Below, in pieces: positions 27,532 through 37,121 of a stretch of 63,860 nucleotides of DNA (its first letter is position 1; the number at the start of each line of letters is the position of its first letter). Source of the DNA: Candidatus Nanoarchaeia archaeon (lineage in GTDB: Archaea > Nanobdellota > Nanobdellia > Woesearchaeales > UBA12501); the NCBI GenBank assembly GCA_035289005.1, contig DATDYN010000017.1, forward strand, positions 1 to 63,860. Direction: 5' to 3'. The notes below the pieces were generated by a model, which saw nothing but the letters and a program-made list of their open reading frames with translations, was not told the origin of the DNA and ran no database searches. The position numbers were made by a program, and so were the translations under genes.

Positions 27532-28760
27532 TGTTTACCCCAGTATACTGTGCGCTTTGCCACCCTATGGGCTATTGCAGATGCCCAGCAAACTGAATAT
27601 ATCATCCAGTATATCATGAAGAATGAGAGCGCAGACAATGCCCATGGCTGTTTCTCTTTGGAGTATTCTCTCGCGAATAAAAGGATTACGACCGCTATGG
27701 CTATCGCTATCAATGGGATTATCAGCAATGGCCCTGTATTTATGAAGAACGTATCAAAATCATACTGGAACCATGTGCTGATATCGAAGCCAATCAGATA
27801 CCAATTTACAAGGTTCTGCGCAAACGTGCTTCCTAACCGCGCCATAGAATAGCTGAAAGCGCCTATGCCTAGTATTATCGATATGATCGATATCGGGAGT
27901 ATGAACATCCCGAGATTGCCGTAAGAAGGCTTTATCATGAACCTGTAAGCGATTATGTTGTCGATGAACCCTTTGAACCAGCGCAGCCTTTGAGTATATA
28001 CTTTCTTTAGGCCGTGCACAGGATCAGTGTAGACATTAGCGTCAATCACGCTTTCTATCACGAACTTCTTGCTCTCTATCCTCAATGCTATCTCGATATC
28101 CTCAGTAAGCGTCTCGGTGTTATATCCTCCGTAAGTGTCAAAGAACCATCTCTTGTAGAGTGTGAACGGTCCTGGAGTTATAGGGACTCCGCCCAGGTAA
28201 GAGAAAGACTTGCGGATGAACAGCGCGGAGAGGAATTCAGCTGCCTGTATCCTGCTCAGTATCCCTTTAGGCTGCCATATCTTGACTGAAGGCACTACGC
28301 ACATCACTCTTTTCTGCTCAAAATACGCGATCATCTTCTTGAGCGCGTCAGGCCTGACGAAAGAATCAGCGTCCAATGCTCCGACAATCTCTCCGGAACA
28401 TCTTGCCAAGCCATAGTTGAGAGTATCTGCTTTTCCAGTATTCTTTTTAGTGAATACCTTGACACCTTTGGATTCGTAAGTCTTTGCGATCTTCAATGTG
28501 TCATCTCTTGATCCGTCATCAATGATCATTATCTCGAGAAGCTCTTTAGGATAATCCAGACTGAACAATGATTCTACAGTCTTTCTTAGTGAGCGCTCTT
28601 CATTGAAAGCAGGCACTATTATGCTCACTTTAGGGAAATATTTAGGCTTAGGATGCTTCAGAGTGCGAATATTCTGGAAGAACACTATCATGAGCAGCGT
28701 TGAGGAGAAGAGGCCGAAATAGCATAAGGTATATATGAGGATCTCTTTCATTATAAGCAT
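27528..28760 (-). CDS. Family 2 glycosyltransferase, membrane-integrated, processive type
   Basis: VSIIVPAFNEE, IIDDGSRDDT, GALDADS, TEDIEIALR and QRLRWFKG (the Q-x-x-RW motif of cellulose/chitin/hyaluronan-synthase-like enzymes), plus N- and C-terminal TM helices. Confidence 0.85.
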   Translation of the reverse strand: MLIMKEILIYTLCYFGLFSSTLLMIVFFQNIRTLKHPKPKYFPKVSIIVPAFNEERSLRKTVESLFSLDYPKELLEIMIIDDGSRDDTLKIAKTYESKGVKVFTKKNTGKADTLNYGLARCSGEIVGALDADSFVRPDALKKMIAYFEQKRVMCVVPSVKIWQPKGILSRIQAAEFLSALFIRKSFSYLGGVPITPGPFTLYKRWFFDTYGGYNTETLTEDIEIALRIESKKFVIESVIDANVYTDPVHGLKKVYTQRLRWFKGFIDNIIAYRFMIKPSYGNLGMFILPISIISIILGIGAFSYSMARLGSTFAQNLVNWYLIGFDISTWFQYDFDTFFINTGPLLIIPLIAIAIAVVILLFAREYSKEKQPWALSALSFFMIYWMIYSVCWASAIAHRVAKRTVYWGKQ

Positions 28761-28801
28761 GTCATTCTCTCCTTGCCAACTTTAATTGAGGGATCCGGAG
28801 A

Positions 28802-30316
28802 TTATTCATCCCGTCGTAATACTTTCCAGATCTCTATGTTCTCCTTAGCATAAACGTTTTTAAATGTTTCGTTGTTGCGCAGGAGACGCAGCAGCCCCTG
28901 ATCATCTTTATTCCAGATTTCTCCCAGTCGCATATCTGGGGTTATCAGTAGGTAGTCTATCTCATTGAGATCCAGCTTTTTTTGCGCTTCCTCAATCGCG
29001 GATTCATAGAATACTTCTTCCGCCGCTTCATTCTTGCGCCCATAGGCCTGTGTCGTTGAATGATAGCTGTCTATGAAAGCCTTTCTGGTAGAGAACCACT
29101 CGATCCAATAGCCATTGTCCGGATTAGAGAGTATAACTCGTTCCTCATTAGAGTTATTCTTGAGCCAGGAAAGCGCCGTGGCAAGGTCTTCCGAAGGCGC
29201 AGCATCTACGAGTCTGCTGCCATAGCTTAGTGTAGAGAATATTATTCCGCAGGCTATAAGCACATATGTGAGTGTTCGGATTATGTCAAACCTCCAGTCA
29301 AAAGAGGTTACTTTCACAATCCCCTGGCCTGCAAGGATTGCCAATGGGAAGACCAGCAATGACTGAGCGTGCGATCCTGTGACGAGCGCGAGCATGATGA
29401 ATCCCGCTATAGAAGCATAAATTGGATAATCCTTCTTTTTCTCTTTCCAGGAAGAGAAGAATCCTATTATCGCCAGCATCAGGAAAAACACGCTGAAGCC
29501 ATGCATGCTTCCGAAATCAGAGAGTGATTCCCCTATGAAATCTCTGATAGGCATCTCGTAATTATCCGTTAAAGGAGAAGGATGCACACCATATATCACT
29601 GTCAGGAATATGATCGATGCTATCGAAAAAGTTCTCTTCTCTAGCGATATCAGCGCGCTGAACAGCAGTCCTATGATGATGAGCGCAAGGAATATCGCGG
29701 AGAATTGGGAAGCGATCCCGAAAGCCAGCAATGAAGAGATCCTGCTTATCCTGTTGTCGCTGAAGAACAAGGTGAATCCAAGCAGCGTCAGAGCTATAGC
29801 CATCGAATCAGGAGAGGATATGAGCGCTAGCGAGAGGAAAGCTGGCGATGTCACAAGCATTGCCGCAGCGGTGATCGAATGCAGCAATGTCTTTGTCTTT
29901 CTCGCGATGAAGAAAAACGAAGCCAAGGAGGTCATTGCGCTCAGTAATGGGAGTGTCACAGATGCCCAAAAGCTCCCTGTCAATCTGGTAATCCATCCAA
30001 GAGCGTAATGATATGGGGTCAGTGCGATGATTCTAGAGCCATGGATCATGTTGTCTATTCCGCTATAATCCCCTTCAGAAATGCTTTCTGCCATCCTCGC
30101 ATGCAGGTAGGGCTGACTGCCAGCAAGCAGGGTGTTCTCAGCGCTTAATTTCGCGCTTATGAGCGCAGCTAGAAGTACTGCCGCGGCAAGGCAGAGCAGA
30201 GAGGCGCTGAAGATCGCCGTGTATCTTTCTTTCTTCTCATTCTTCAGCGCTTTTTCTGGTCCGTCTCCATTATTCTTGATCGCTCTCTTGCGCTTTTTTC
30301 CATTCTTAGCATTCAT
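28802..30316 (-). CDS. STT3/AglB-like GT-C membrane protein, paralogue 2 (degenerate catalytic motif)
   Basis: Start chosen at the Met overlapping the upstream stop (TGATG). Multi-TM core, then C-terminal ALSWLKNNSNEERVILSNPDNGYWIEWFSTRKAFID. This aligns with the AglB '...WL..NT....V.SWWDYGyWI....R....D' region, but WWDYG is replaced by NPDNG. Confidence 0.45.
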   Translation of the reverse strand: MNAKNGKKRKRAIKNNGDGPEKALKNEKKERYTAIFSASLLCLAAAVLLAALISAKLSAENTLLAGSQPYLHARMAESISEGDYSGIDNMIHGSRIIALTPYHYALGWITRLTGSFWASVTLPLLSAMTSLASFFFIARKTKTLLHSITAAAMLVTSPAFLSLALISSPDSMAIALTLLGFTLFFSDNRISRISSLLAFGIASQFSAIFLALIIIGLLFSALISLEKRTFSIASIIFLTVIYGVHPSPLTDNYEMPIRDFIGESLSDFGSMHGFSVFFLMLAIIGFFSSWKEKKKDYPIYASIAGFIMLALVTGSHAQSLLVFPLAILAGQGIVKVTSFDWRFDIIRTLTYVLIACGIIFSTLSYGSRLVDAAPSEDLATALSWLKNNSNEERVILSNPDNGYWIEWFSTRKAFIDSYHSTTQAYGRKNEAAEEVFYESAIEEAQKKLDLNEIDYLLITPDMRLGEIWNKDDQGLLRLLRNNETFKNVYAKENIEIWKVLRRDE

Positions 30317-31812
30317 CACGCGAACCTGCATTTTACCTCGTAGATCCTGATATCTTTCTTGTATCTTTCTTTGAAACATTCTTCATCATTGAATGATTGG
30401 GCCAATCCGCTCCCGAACTGCTCTTTTGCTTTTGAGGTTATCATCACATGGGTTACATTGTATCTTGTCAGAAGCCTCAATGATTCAGTCTTGAACTGTG
30501 TTGAGAATATCCTGCTGATATCCTCAGCCCTTTGCGCAACATCAGCCTGAAGGAGAGCATTGTCATCCGCCACATTCTTTCTCTCCGCGACGGCTGAGAT
30601 TGCGTTTCCTTCTTCAACAGTCGCCAGTATCACAGAATCTTTCTCAGTATTCTCTCTTATCCATGAGAGAGCAGTGTATTCCTGGTCGCTTAGCGCCGCA
30701 TTCGAAGATTCTCTCGCTATCATCCAGGAAGGGATTGCCAGGCTTAAGACGCAGACAAGTCCAAGGATGACCATGAGAGGTGTCTTTAATCTTGCGAAAT
30801 TAGTTTTTTCAATATAAGAATACAATTCATTATAGAATAGCGAGAAGATTATCGCGAAAGATATTCCTGCTACAGCAAGAGCGGCAGTGACCTCTATGAT
30901 TCTCAGCCAGGCAAGAAGGACCGCAGATAATGCGAGAGCCATGATTGGATAAGACCGGCGGTCTTTCCTCTTGAAGATATGGTCGAATATCGAGTAGATT
31001 CCATACGCCGCAGGCAGCAGCCCTGTCAGGTAAAGCATCAACGGCAGTGTGAGTGGAAGTGTCAAGGCTATCGCTACAGTCCCGTTCCACATTATTCCTG
31101 CTCCGTGCATCGCGAACGCGTCCTTGAACACAAGGAACAGCGCCCACATTATGAAGAATAGGGAGAATATCATAGTTTCAATCTCTGCCCTGTCGTGAAT
31201 TACATCCTCAAGCCTCAGCAGCATCGAATAGAAGAAAAAGCAGGGGATGAGGATTGCTGTGAGCGGAGTGGTCAGCATAGAGGCAAGCAAAGCTGTCAGG
31301 AACCAATAGATGAAATTGCTCTCGTGAATCCTTATGAAGCAGTAGACAATCAGGAATAGCAGAGGAATGAATAATGATAATGGAGATAAGGTGTTTGTTG
31401 TAGAGCTTATGAACGCTGGGATTAATCCTGAGATCCCTGCGCTGAAAAGCGCCGCAATCCGGTTCTTTGTCAACTGATACGCTATTAGATAGGAGATTAC
31501 AGCTATTGACGCTGATAATATGTTCGGCAGTATCTTTCCTGCAATTGCCAGAGGCATGAATAACCCTATGAATGCTAAAAGATAATAGAATAACGGCATG
31601 AATACCTGTTCTTTGCCGCCATAGCTGTAAGGATCATGGTATGCCGGCAGCCCTGTCTCAAGTATGCTTCTGGCTTCCCGCAATGAGAAATAGGCATCGC
31701 TTCCAGTGAACCCTTCGTTCTGGAACGCATAGTAGAGCCTTATCAGCAATGGCAATGCCACTAATATGGCCAGAACGATAAATGCTCGTCTCGCGGTTAT
31801 TGTCGACCCCAT
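30316..31812 (-). CDS. STT3/AglB-like GT-C membrane protein, paralogue 1 (degenerate catalytic motif)
   Basis: First loop FTGSDAYFSLREARSILETG (like the D-x-x-Y-x-x-R loop-1 motif of STT3/AglB as I recall it), ~11-13 TM segments, and C-terminal YTALSWIRENTEKDSVILATVEEGNAISAVAERKNVADD (WWDYG position = TVEEG). Confidence 0.5.
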   Translation of the reverse strand: MGSTITARRAFIVLAILVALPLLIRLYYAFQNEGFTGSDAYFSLREARSILETGLPAYHDPYSYGGKEQVFMPLFYYLLAFIGLFMPLAIAGKILPNILSASIAVISYLIAYQLTKNRIAALFSAGISGLIPAFISSTTNTLSPLSLFIPLLFLIVYCFIRIHESNFIYWFLTALLASMLTTPLTAILIPCFFFYSMLLRLEDVIHDRAEIETMIFSLFFIMWALFLVFKDAFAMHGAGIMWNGTVAIALTLPLTLPLMLYLTGLLPAAYGIYSIFDHIFKRKDRRSYPIMALALSAVLLAWLRIIEVTAALAVAGISFAIIFSLFYNELYSYIEKTNFARLKTPLMVILGLVCVLSLAIPSWMIARESSNAALSDQEYTALSWIRENTEKDSVILATVEEGNAISAVAERKNVADDNALLQADVAQRAEDISRIFSTQFKTESLRLLTRYNVTHVMITSKAKEQFGSGLAQSFNDEECFKERYKKDIRIYEVKCRFA

Positions 31813-31913
31813 AAGGTGGTTGTAGTGGAGTTCTTTTTTATATTTTTGGAAAGCTATTTAAACGCCTGAAACCATATCATTTTCTTGCAAGAAAGCGGCC
31901 TTTAGGGGTGTTC

Positions 31914-32678
31914 ATGACTGTCAAGTTGTCTACTGGGAGCGAAGCGTTCGATCATCTTCTTGGAGGGGGGATTGAGCAGGATGTAGTCACTACAGTCTAT
32001 GGGCCTGCAGGGTCTGGAAAGACAAATCTCGCTATCCTATGCGCAGTGCAGGTCGCAGGCAGCGGCAAGAAAGTCATTTTTGTGGATACTGAAGGAGGAT
32101 TCTCTGTAGAGCGCCTTAAGCAGATAGTCTCTGGACGTGAAGCCGAGATAATGGGTAACATCCTTTTCCTCAATCCGGTGAATTTTGAAGAGCAGAAGCA
32201 GGCTTTCGAGAAGCTCAGGAAGATCACGAATGAGAAGATAGGGCTTATAGTCATTGACGGCATAGCGATGCATTACCGTCTTGAGATGGGGCGCAATCCT
32301 GAGCAGCAAAGCCATTACCTGACAAACAAAGAGCTTGCACTGCAGATAGGCTACCTCACAGAGATCGCCAGGATGAAGAGGATACCTGTGCTTGTGACCA
32401 ATCAGGTCTACTCTTCTTTCGAGATGAAGGACAAAGTAAATATGGTCGGAGGGGACATAGTGCTTTACGGCAGCAAATGCCTTATCGAGCTGCAGAAAGC
32501 AAATTCCAATAAGAGGCTTGCAATCATCCGCAAGCACCGCGCGCTGCCGGAATCAAGAAGCGTGCTTTTTGAGATAGTCCAGGAAGGGATAAGATTGGTC
32601 AGCAAGGAAGCCAGTATCAATAATCCGGGGGATATTCCAGAGCCTAAAGCCTTACCTGAGAAAGAGGCTGTGGTATAA
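31914..32678 (+). CDS. radB: RadB (RadA/Rad51 paralogue)
   Basis: STGSEAFDHLLGGGIEQDVVTTVYGPAGSGKTNLAI (Walker A) and Walker B LIVIDGI; short size without an HhH domain. ATG at 31914 is preceded by AGGGG (the ORF track starts at GTG 31908). Confidence 0.85.
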   Translation: MTVKLSTGSEAFDHLLGGGIEQDVVTTVYGPAGSGKTNLAILCAVQVAGSGKKVIFVDTEGGFSVERLKQIVSGREAEIMGNILFLNPVNFEEQKQAFEKLRKITNEKIGLIVIDGIAMHYRLEMGRNPEQQSHYLTNKELALQIGYLTEIARMKRIPVLVTNQVYSSFEMKDKVNMVGGDIVLYGSKCLIELQKANSNKRLAIIRKHRALPESRSVLFEIVQEGIRLVSKEASINNPGDIPEPKALPEKEAVV

Positions 32679-32749
32679 GTACGCATTGCGCAATAAATAT
32701 GTATTTCAAAAATAATCTTCTATTAAGAATATAATAAAAAATAAAACAT

Positions 32750-33340
32750 TCACTCATCAACAAAGTCTTCAAGCTTGAGAGCCATCTCTCCAAGACCGCG
32801 CTGCTTCTTGTACTCGCGAGCGAGCAGCCAGAACACTAGCCCTAAAGATTTCTTTCCTTTGTTGTTGCAAGGGAGCACAAAGTCTATATTGTTGGCCTGG
32901 TTGTTCGTGTCGCACAAAGCGATGACTGGTATGCGCACTATCATCGCGTCATTGAGAGTGTTCCTGTCAAGCCAGGCGTCAGTCACTATGATTATCTTCG
33001 CTTCTGTGAAATTCTTCTGCGAAGTGTTGGTAAGGACTCCTGGAGGGTATCTTCCCGCGAAAGCCCTTACTCCTGTCTCTTTACTGAAAGCGTTGACAGC
33101 TTTCCAGCTGTTCTCTCTCCTGCTAGCCACAAGAATGTCTTCAGGGGCGTATTGCGCTATGAGGTTCGCGCATATCGCTAAGCGTTCATCGATCTTCTGA
33201 AGGTTGAGGATGAACAGCCCGTCAGGCCTTGCCTTGTAGATGAACTGCGCCATGTGCGCTGTCTTGAACTTAGTTCCGATATGTATTCCTGCTTTCAGGT
33301 ATTCGTCCAAAGGCACTAGCATCTCTTGATTCTCTGCCAT
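32750..33340 (-). CDS. rps2: 30S ribosomal protein uS2
   Basis: LVPLDEYLKAGIHIGTKFKT...PDGLFILNLQKIDERL. GGAGG lies 8 nt upstream of the Met at 33340. Confidence 0.95.
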   Translation of the reverse strand: MAENQEMLVPLDEYLKAGIHIGTKFKTAHMAQFIYKARPDGLFILNLQKIDERLAICANLIAQYAPEDILVASRRENSWKAVNAFSKETGVRAFAGRYPPGVLTNTSQKNFTEAKIIIVTDAWLDRNTLNDAMIVRIPVIALCDTNNQANNIDFVLPCNNKGKKSLGLVFWLLAREYKKQRGLGEMALKLEDFVDE

Positions 33341-33581
33341 GATGATTCCTCCGTTGTTCTGTATCACAATAATATCTTATCATGATATTTTTGTTCTTTA
33401 TTGACCGGATAAAGACCGCAGAAAGCTTTGAGCTATTCCGCTGAGTTTTTATCGCCTCATCAGCATGCGCGGAGTCCGTATCCTTCCTGGAACGCCTTCC
33501 TCTGCGCGTCGGCTTTACGAGAACAGAATTCAGATGGTTTATAAAGGTTTGGGTGGTCTTGAGGACAATGTGATTTTATAG

Positions 33582-34496
33582 TCAAGATCCTTCATGGGGC
33601 AGTTGTCCTTTCGCAACCAGGTTCAGAGAAGGGATGTGTGCGGGCATTGTAAATGCACATTTTATCGCTTCTCCTACGGATGTTGGTGGTGCTAGTCTTA
33701 TTCCGTTATTTCTATAATCGCATCGATATTCGTCAGTAATAACCTTTAAAGCTTCTTGAACGGCAGGATTATCATACAATCCAGTATCCATCGCTCCTGG
33801 ACGCACTGTCGTTAAAAATATATTATTATTGTATAATCCTAGCATAGCAGCATTCGCGTATCGATCTATAGCCCCTTTAGCTGCGCAATGCGTTGCCCCA
33901 TAAGAATATCCTCTTATTGCACTCATAGATGTGATTATTGCTATTCTTGTTTCCTTTTGTTTTCTGAATCTTGGTAAAAGTTGTTGCATCATTAAATGTG
34001 TTGGTCTAAGCACACTTTGAGATTCTTTCTCTATTAACTCAAGAGGAATTTCTTCAATAGGCAGATAGGGGTTATCATCTTTTAGTTTATAACTTCCTGC
34101 ACCTAAACCAACAGATTGGACCCAATAGAGAGGTTTATCACAATGAAGATTTTTGACAAAAGTCTTGACTTCTGCCTCATCCAGAAGATTCAGCGCAGAA
34201 TATTCTATCAGAGTATCATCTATAGAAGTTATCAAGCCTTGTTTGATATTCTTCAATTTGTCTTCTGATGTTGAGACCATATGTACCGTGGCTCCCTGTA
34301 ATGCAAGAACTCCCGCTGCTGCAGCCCCTATATTTAGTTTCATCTCTTGTCCATCAACTATAAGGGGATCATGGCTTGGTTCTTCAGTTACGATATCATA
34401 GAAAATGTGTTGGACTGGCCTGTAGCCGCAACCGGTCACAATGATCCTTTTCCCAGTCAGTTCTGTCGTTCTTGTTAATTGTTCTAATCTTGTCAT
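33582..34496 (-). CDS. Atypical short-chain dehydrogenase/reductase-like protein
   Basis: Rossmann start KRIIVTGCGY, then a ~27-aa insertion before NIGAAAAGVLALQGATVHMV. The active-site region reads SMSAIRGYSYGATHCAAKGA, with H where the canonical Y of YxxxK is expected. Confidence 0.55.
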   Translation of the reverse strand: MTRLEQLTRTTELTGKRIIVTGCGYRPVQHIFYDIVTEEPSHDPLIVDGQEMKLNIGAAAAGVLALQGATVHMVSTSEDKLKNIKQGLITSIDDTLIEYSALNLLDEAEVKTFVKNLHCDKPLYWVQSVGLGAGSYKLKDDNPYLPIEEIPLELIEKESQSVLRPTHLMMQQLLPRFRKQKETRIAIITSMSAIRGYSYGATHCAAKGAIDRYANAAMLGLYNNNIFLTTVRPGAMDTGLYDNPAVQEALKVITDEYRCDYRNNGIRLAPPTSVGEAIKCAFTMPAHIPSLNLVAKGQLPHEGS

Positions 34497-34545
34497 CTTA
34501 ATCTAGAAGTAGTGACTGCAGAATATAAAAGATTTTACCCGACAA

Positions 34546-35211
34546 TTATCGGTATCTTAAAAAGTGGTCAATGAGCTTGTTCTCTGCTTTGCGGAGATTC
34601 TCTTGGAAGGTGGAATATGATCTTTTTATGCTCTTGGCAAGCTGAGGGATTGTGAGTTTTCGAGGATATCTATAATATCCTTCTTTGTAAGCGATCTTTA
34701 GGGCTTCCAATTGCTTGTCCGTAAAGGTTGGGACAAGCTCTAAGCTCGCAACGCTTTTGACAGTCTCCTGCCTTAAAGAGAGCAGTTTTCCATTATAATG
34801 CTTGATTGATGCTTGGACTAACCTGTTCAACTCTTCTCTTGACAAACAAGCAACTTCCCAATCCTCCCATCCATCAGTGCTTATATGGACAGGCTTTACT
34901 CTGATGAATTGGGGATTATAGAATATCTTGATCTCTGCTCTGGCCTCTCTAGAAGAAGGATGCTGCGCATGGATAAGGATGAAATCATAATGCTGCTCTG
35001 CTCCAATTATCCGTCTGTCTTTCTTGAGTTCTTGGACGAATTTTTGTTTGTTCTCTTCAGTCCCAGAGATTATTCCGCCGAGTATAAGGTTGATTCTATT
35101 CTTCTTCATAAAATTGGTGTAAGGAAATGCAAAGAATTCAATTCTGAATTTTTCGCACAATGGCGAATAGATATCCTCTGGATCCTTAAGTCTGAATCGC
35201 GCTATCCACAT
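34546..35211 (-). CDS. Bat-type HTH_10 transcriptional regulator
   Basis: C-terminal TDKQLEALKIAYKEGYYRYPRKLTIPQLAKSIKRSYSTFQENLRKAENKLI. Confidence 0.75.
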   Translation of the reverse strand: MWIARFRLKDPEDIYSPLCEKFRIEFFAFPYTNFMKKNRINLILGGIISGTEENKQKFVQELKKDRRIIGAEQHYDFILIHAQHPSSREARAEIKIFYNPQFIRVKPVHISTDGWEDWEVACLSREELNRLVQASIKHYNGKLLSLRQETVKSVASLELVPTFTDKQLEALKIAYKEGYYRYPRKLTIPQLAKSIKRSYSTFQENLRKAENKLIDHFLRYR

Positions 35212-35280
35212 ATTACCGATAATTATCGGTTTATGTATAAAAACTTTCTGTTCGCAGGAGCGAAGAAAACGCGTATCTTT

Positions 35281-36483
35281 TCAATTTATAGAACTTTCAT
35301 TGTTCTTCAAGAACATCCTAAAATACACCAGCGCCGCAAAAGAGGCCAGCGCAGCGAACCCGAAAGTGTATGCCTGCCCTATAGTCCAGAGATATCCTGC
35401 GATGACTGATGCAGGGAGATAGATCATCCCGCTCACAAAGCCGTAAAGCCCTAGCGCCGTCCCTCTTCTCTTCTGTTCGATGTCAGAGATGTACGCTTTT
35501 CCCTGGCTTTCATCTATAGCGAAGAATATCCCGTACAATATGAACATCAGGATTATCTGGAGCTTTGTTGACGCGAACAGGAACCCTAAAGTCATAACAA
35601 AATAAATGACATACTCTGCGCTTATTATTGTTGTTCTTCCGATCTTGTCCCCTAATCTTCCGATCGGCGCGGCGACAAAGACGAAAGCGAGATTGAACAG
35701 CGCATAGAGCAGGACAATATTTTCAATAGTGAATCCTGCAGTGTAGGCTTTTAACAATAGGAATCCGTAGCTGAAATAGGCTAGCGAGAATATCGCGGAA
35801 CTGGCAAGGTAATGCTTGAAATCCGGACTCAGATCCTTGTAAGCCCTGAAGATGTTCTCTTTCTCTCTTGGCGGTGCAGGCTTGTCTTTCAGGAAGAGGA
35901 TCAACAATACCGCAAGCGCTGCAGGTATCAGAGCAATCCAGAACAATAATCCGAAGATCTCTTTAGTCTCTCCGTACGTTCTGAGTATCCCGTAAGCCAT
36001 GAATGGCCCGATTATCGCTCCTGCCTTGTCCAAAGTCTTGTGCAATCCGAAAGAATACCCTTTATTGTTCTTGTCAGAGAGAGAAGCGATCCATGCGTCT
36101 CGCGGAGGCCCCCTGAATGATTTCCCTAATCGTTCAATCACCCTGAACGCGAAAGCGGAATTGACTGAGCTTGAGAATACCAGTATTGCTTTGGCTAAAG
36201 TCGAGAACACATAGCCTATAGCCGCGAACCGTTTCCTTTTTCCTGACTTGTCAGATAGGAATCCCGCGATGTAATCCAGTGATGAAGCGGAAAAATCAGC
36301 AAGACCTTCAACAATTCCAAGCAATGCCGCAGACGCTCCAAGGACGACGATGAAGAACACTGAGAACACTGAAAAGATCATCTCTGAGCTGACATCTGTG
36401 AGGAAACTGACTATGCCTAAGAAGAATATGTTCCTGTCAACCCCTAAGATCCTTTTTTTCACAGTGGTCAGCGTGCAGAACAA
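35281..36483 (-). CDS. MFS transporter
   Basis: 400 aa with ~12 TM segments. MFS-type loop motifs (LSDKSGKRKRF; GRLGDKIGR). Confidence 0.8.
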   Translation of the reverse strand: MFCTLTTVKKRILGVDRNIFFLGIVSFLTDVSSEMIFSVFSVFFIVVLGASAALLGIVEGLADFSASSLDYIAGFLSDKSGKRKRFAAIGYVFSTLAKAILVFSSSVNSAFAFRVIERLGKSFRGPPRDAWIASLSDKNNKGYSFGLHKTLDKAGAIIGPFMAYGILRTYGETKEIFGLLFWIALIPAALAVLLILFLKDKPAPPREKENIFRAYKDLSPDFKHYLASSAIFSLAYFSYGFLLLKAYTAGFTIENIVLLYALFNLAFVFVAAPIGRLGDKIGRTTIISAEYVIYFVMTLGFLFASTKLQIILMFILYGIFFAIDESQGKAYISDIEQKRRGTALGLYGFVSGMIYLPASVIAGYLWTIGQAYTFGFAALASFAALVYFRMFLKNNESSIN

Positions 36484-36533
36484 GTTTATAATTCTTTTGG
36501 GGCATTAGGCTTCGCGGAGAATGTTCTGCTGTC

Positions 36534-37064
36534 TTATCCATATTTCTTTAGCACTGCATAAATCGGTCCTTCAGGGGTGAGCGTGCTCTTTATGAGCGAG
36601 AAAGAGGCGATCGGAAATGTCATATCTGCGATCTTTATCTTTTGGGCTGACAGCATAAGTTCTTCCGCAGTCTTCAGTGTCTTGACTCTGGCTAAAGTTA
36701 TGTGCGGCGAGTAATCTTTCTCTTTCGGGAAAAGCCCTGTCAGAGCGGAATCGATATCTCTCTGCAGTTCAATTATCTCTTTCTGAGGTTCTATCCCGAC
36801 CCATACCACTCGAGGGGCGCTCTTGTCAGGAAACACCCCTATCTTTCCTAGTGACGCGTTCAGCGAGAGAGGAATCACTTCAGTGAGGGCATTCTTTATC
36901 TCTTCAGCTCTCTCTTCAGCGACCTCTCCCAAGAATTTCACTGTCAGATGGAATTCTTTCACTTTAGAAAGTCCGGCATTATCATCATCAGGCAGCTGCT
37001 CTTGCGCTGCGCGTAAAGCCTTCTGCGCTTCTTCAGGAAGGTCTATAGCTATGAAAAGCCTCAT
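36534..37064 (-). CDS. thpR: RNA 2',3'-cyclic phosphodiesterase (ThpR/LigT, 2H family)
   Basis: Two H-x-T/S-x motifs: HLTVKFLGEV and HITLARV. MRLFIAI start typical of LigT. Confidence 0.9.
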   Translation of the reverse strand: MRLFIAIDLPEEAQKALRAAQEQLPDDDNAGLSKVKEFHLTVKFLGEVAEERAEEIKNALTEVIPLSLNASLGKIGVFPDKSAPRVVWVGIEPQKEIIELQRDIDSALTGLFPKEKDYSPHITLARVKTLKTAEELMLSAQKIKIADMTFPIASFSLIKSTLTPEGPIYAVLKKYG

Positions 37065-37121
37065 GTTCTAGAGAAAAATCAAATAAATATAAAAAGTATT
37101 TGTAATCCCTGAAGTTACTGC

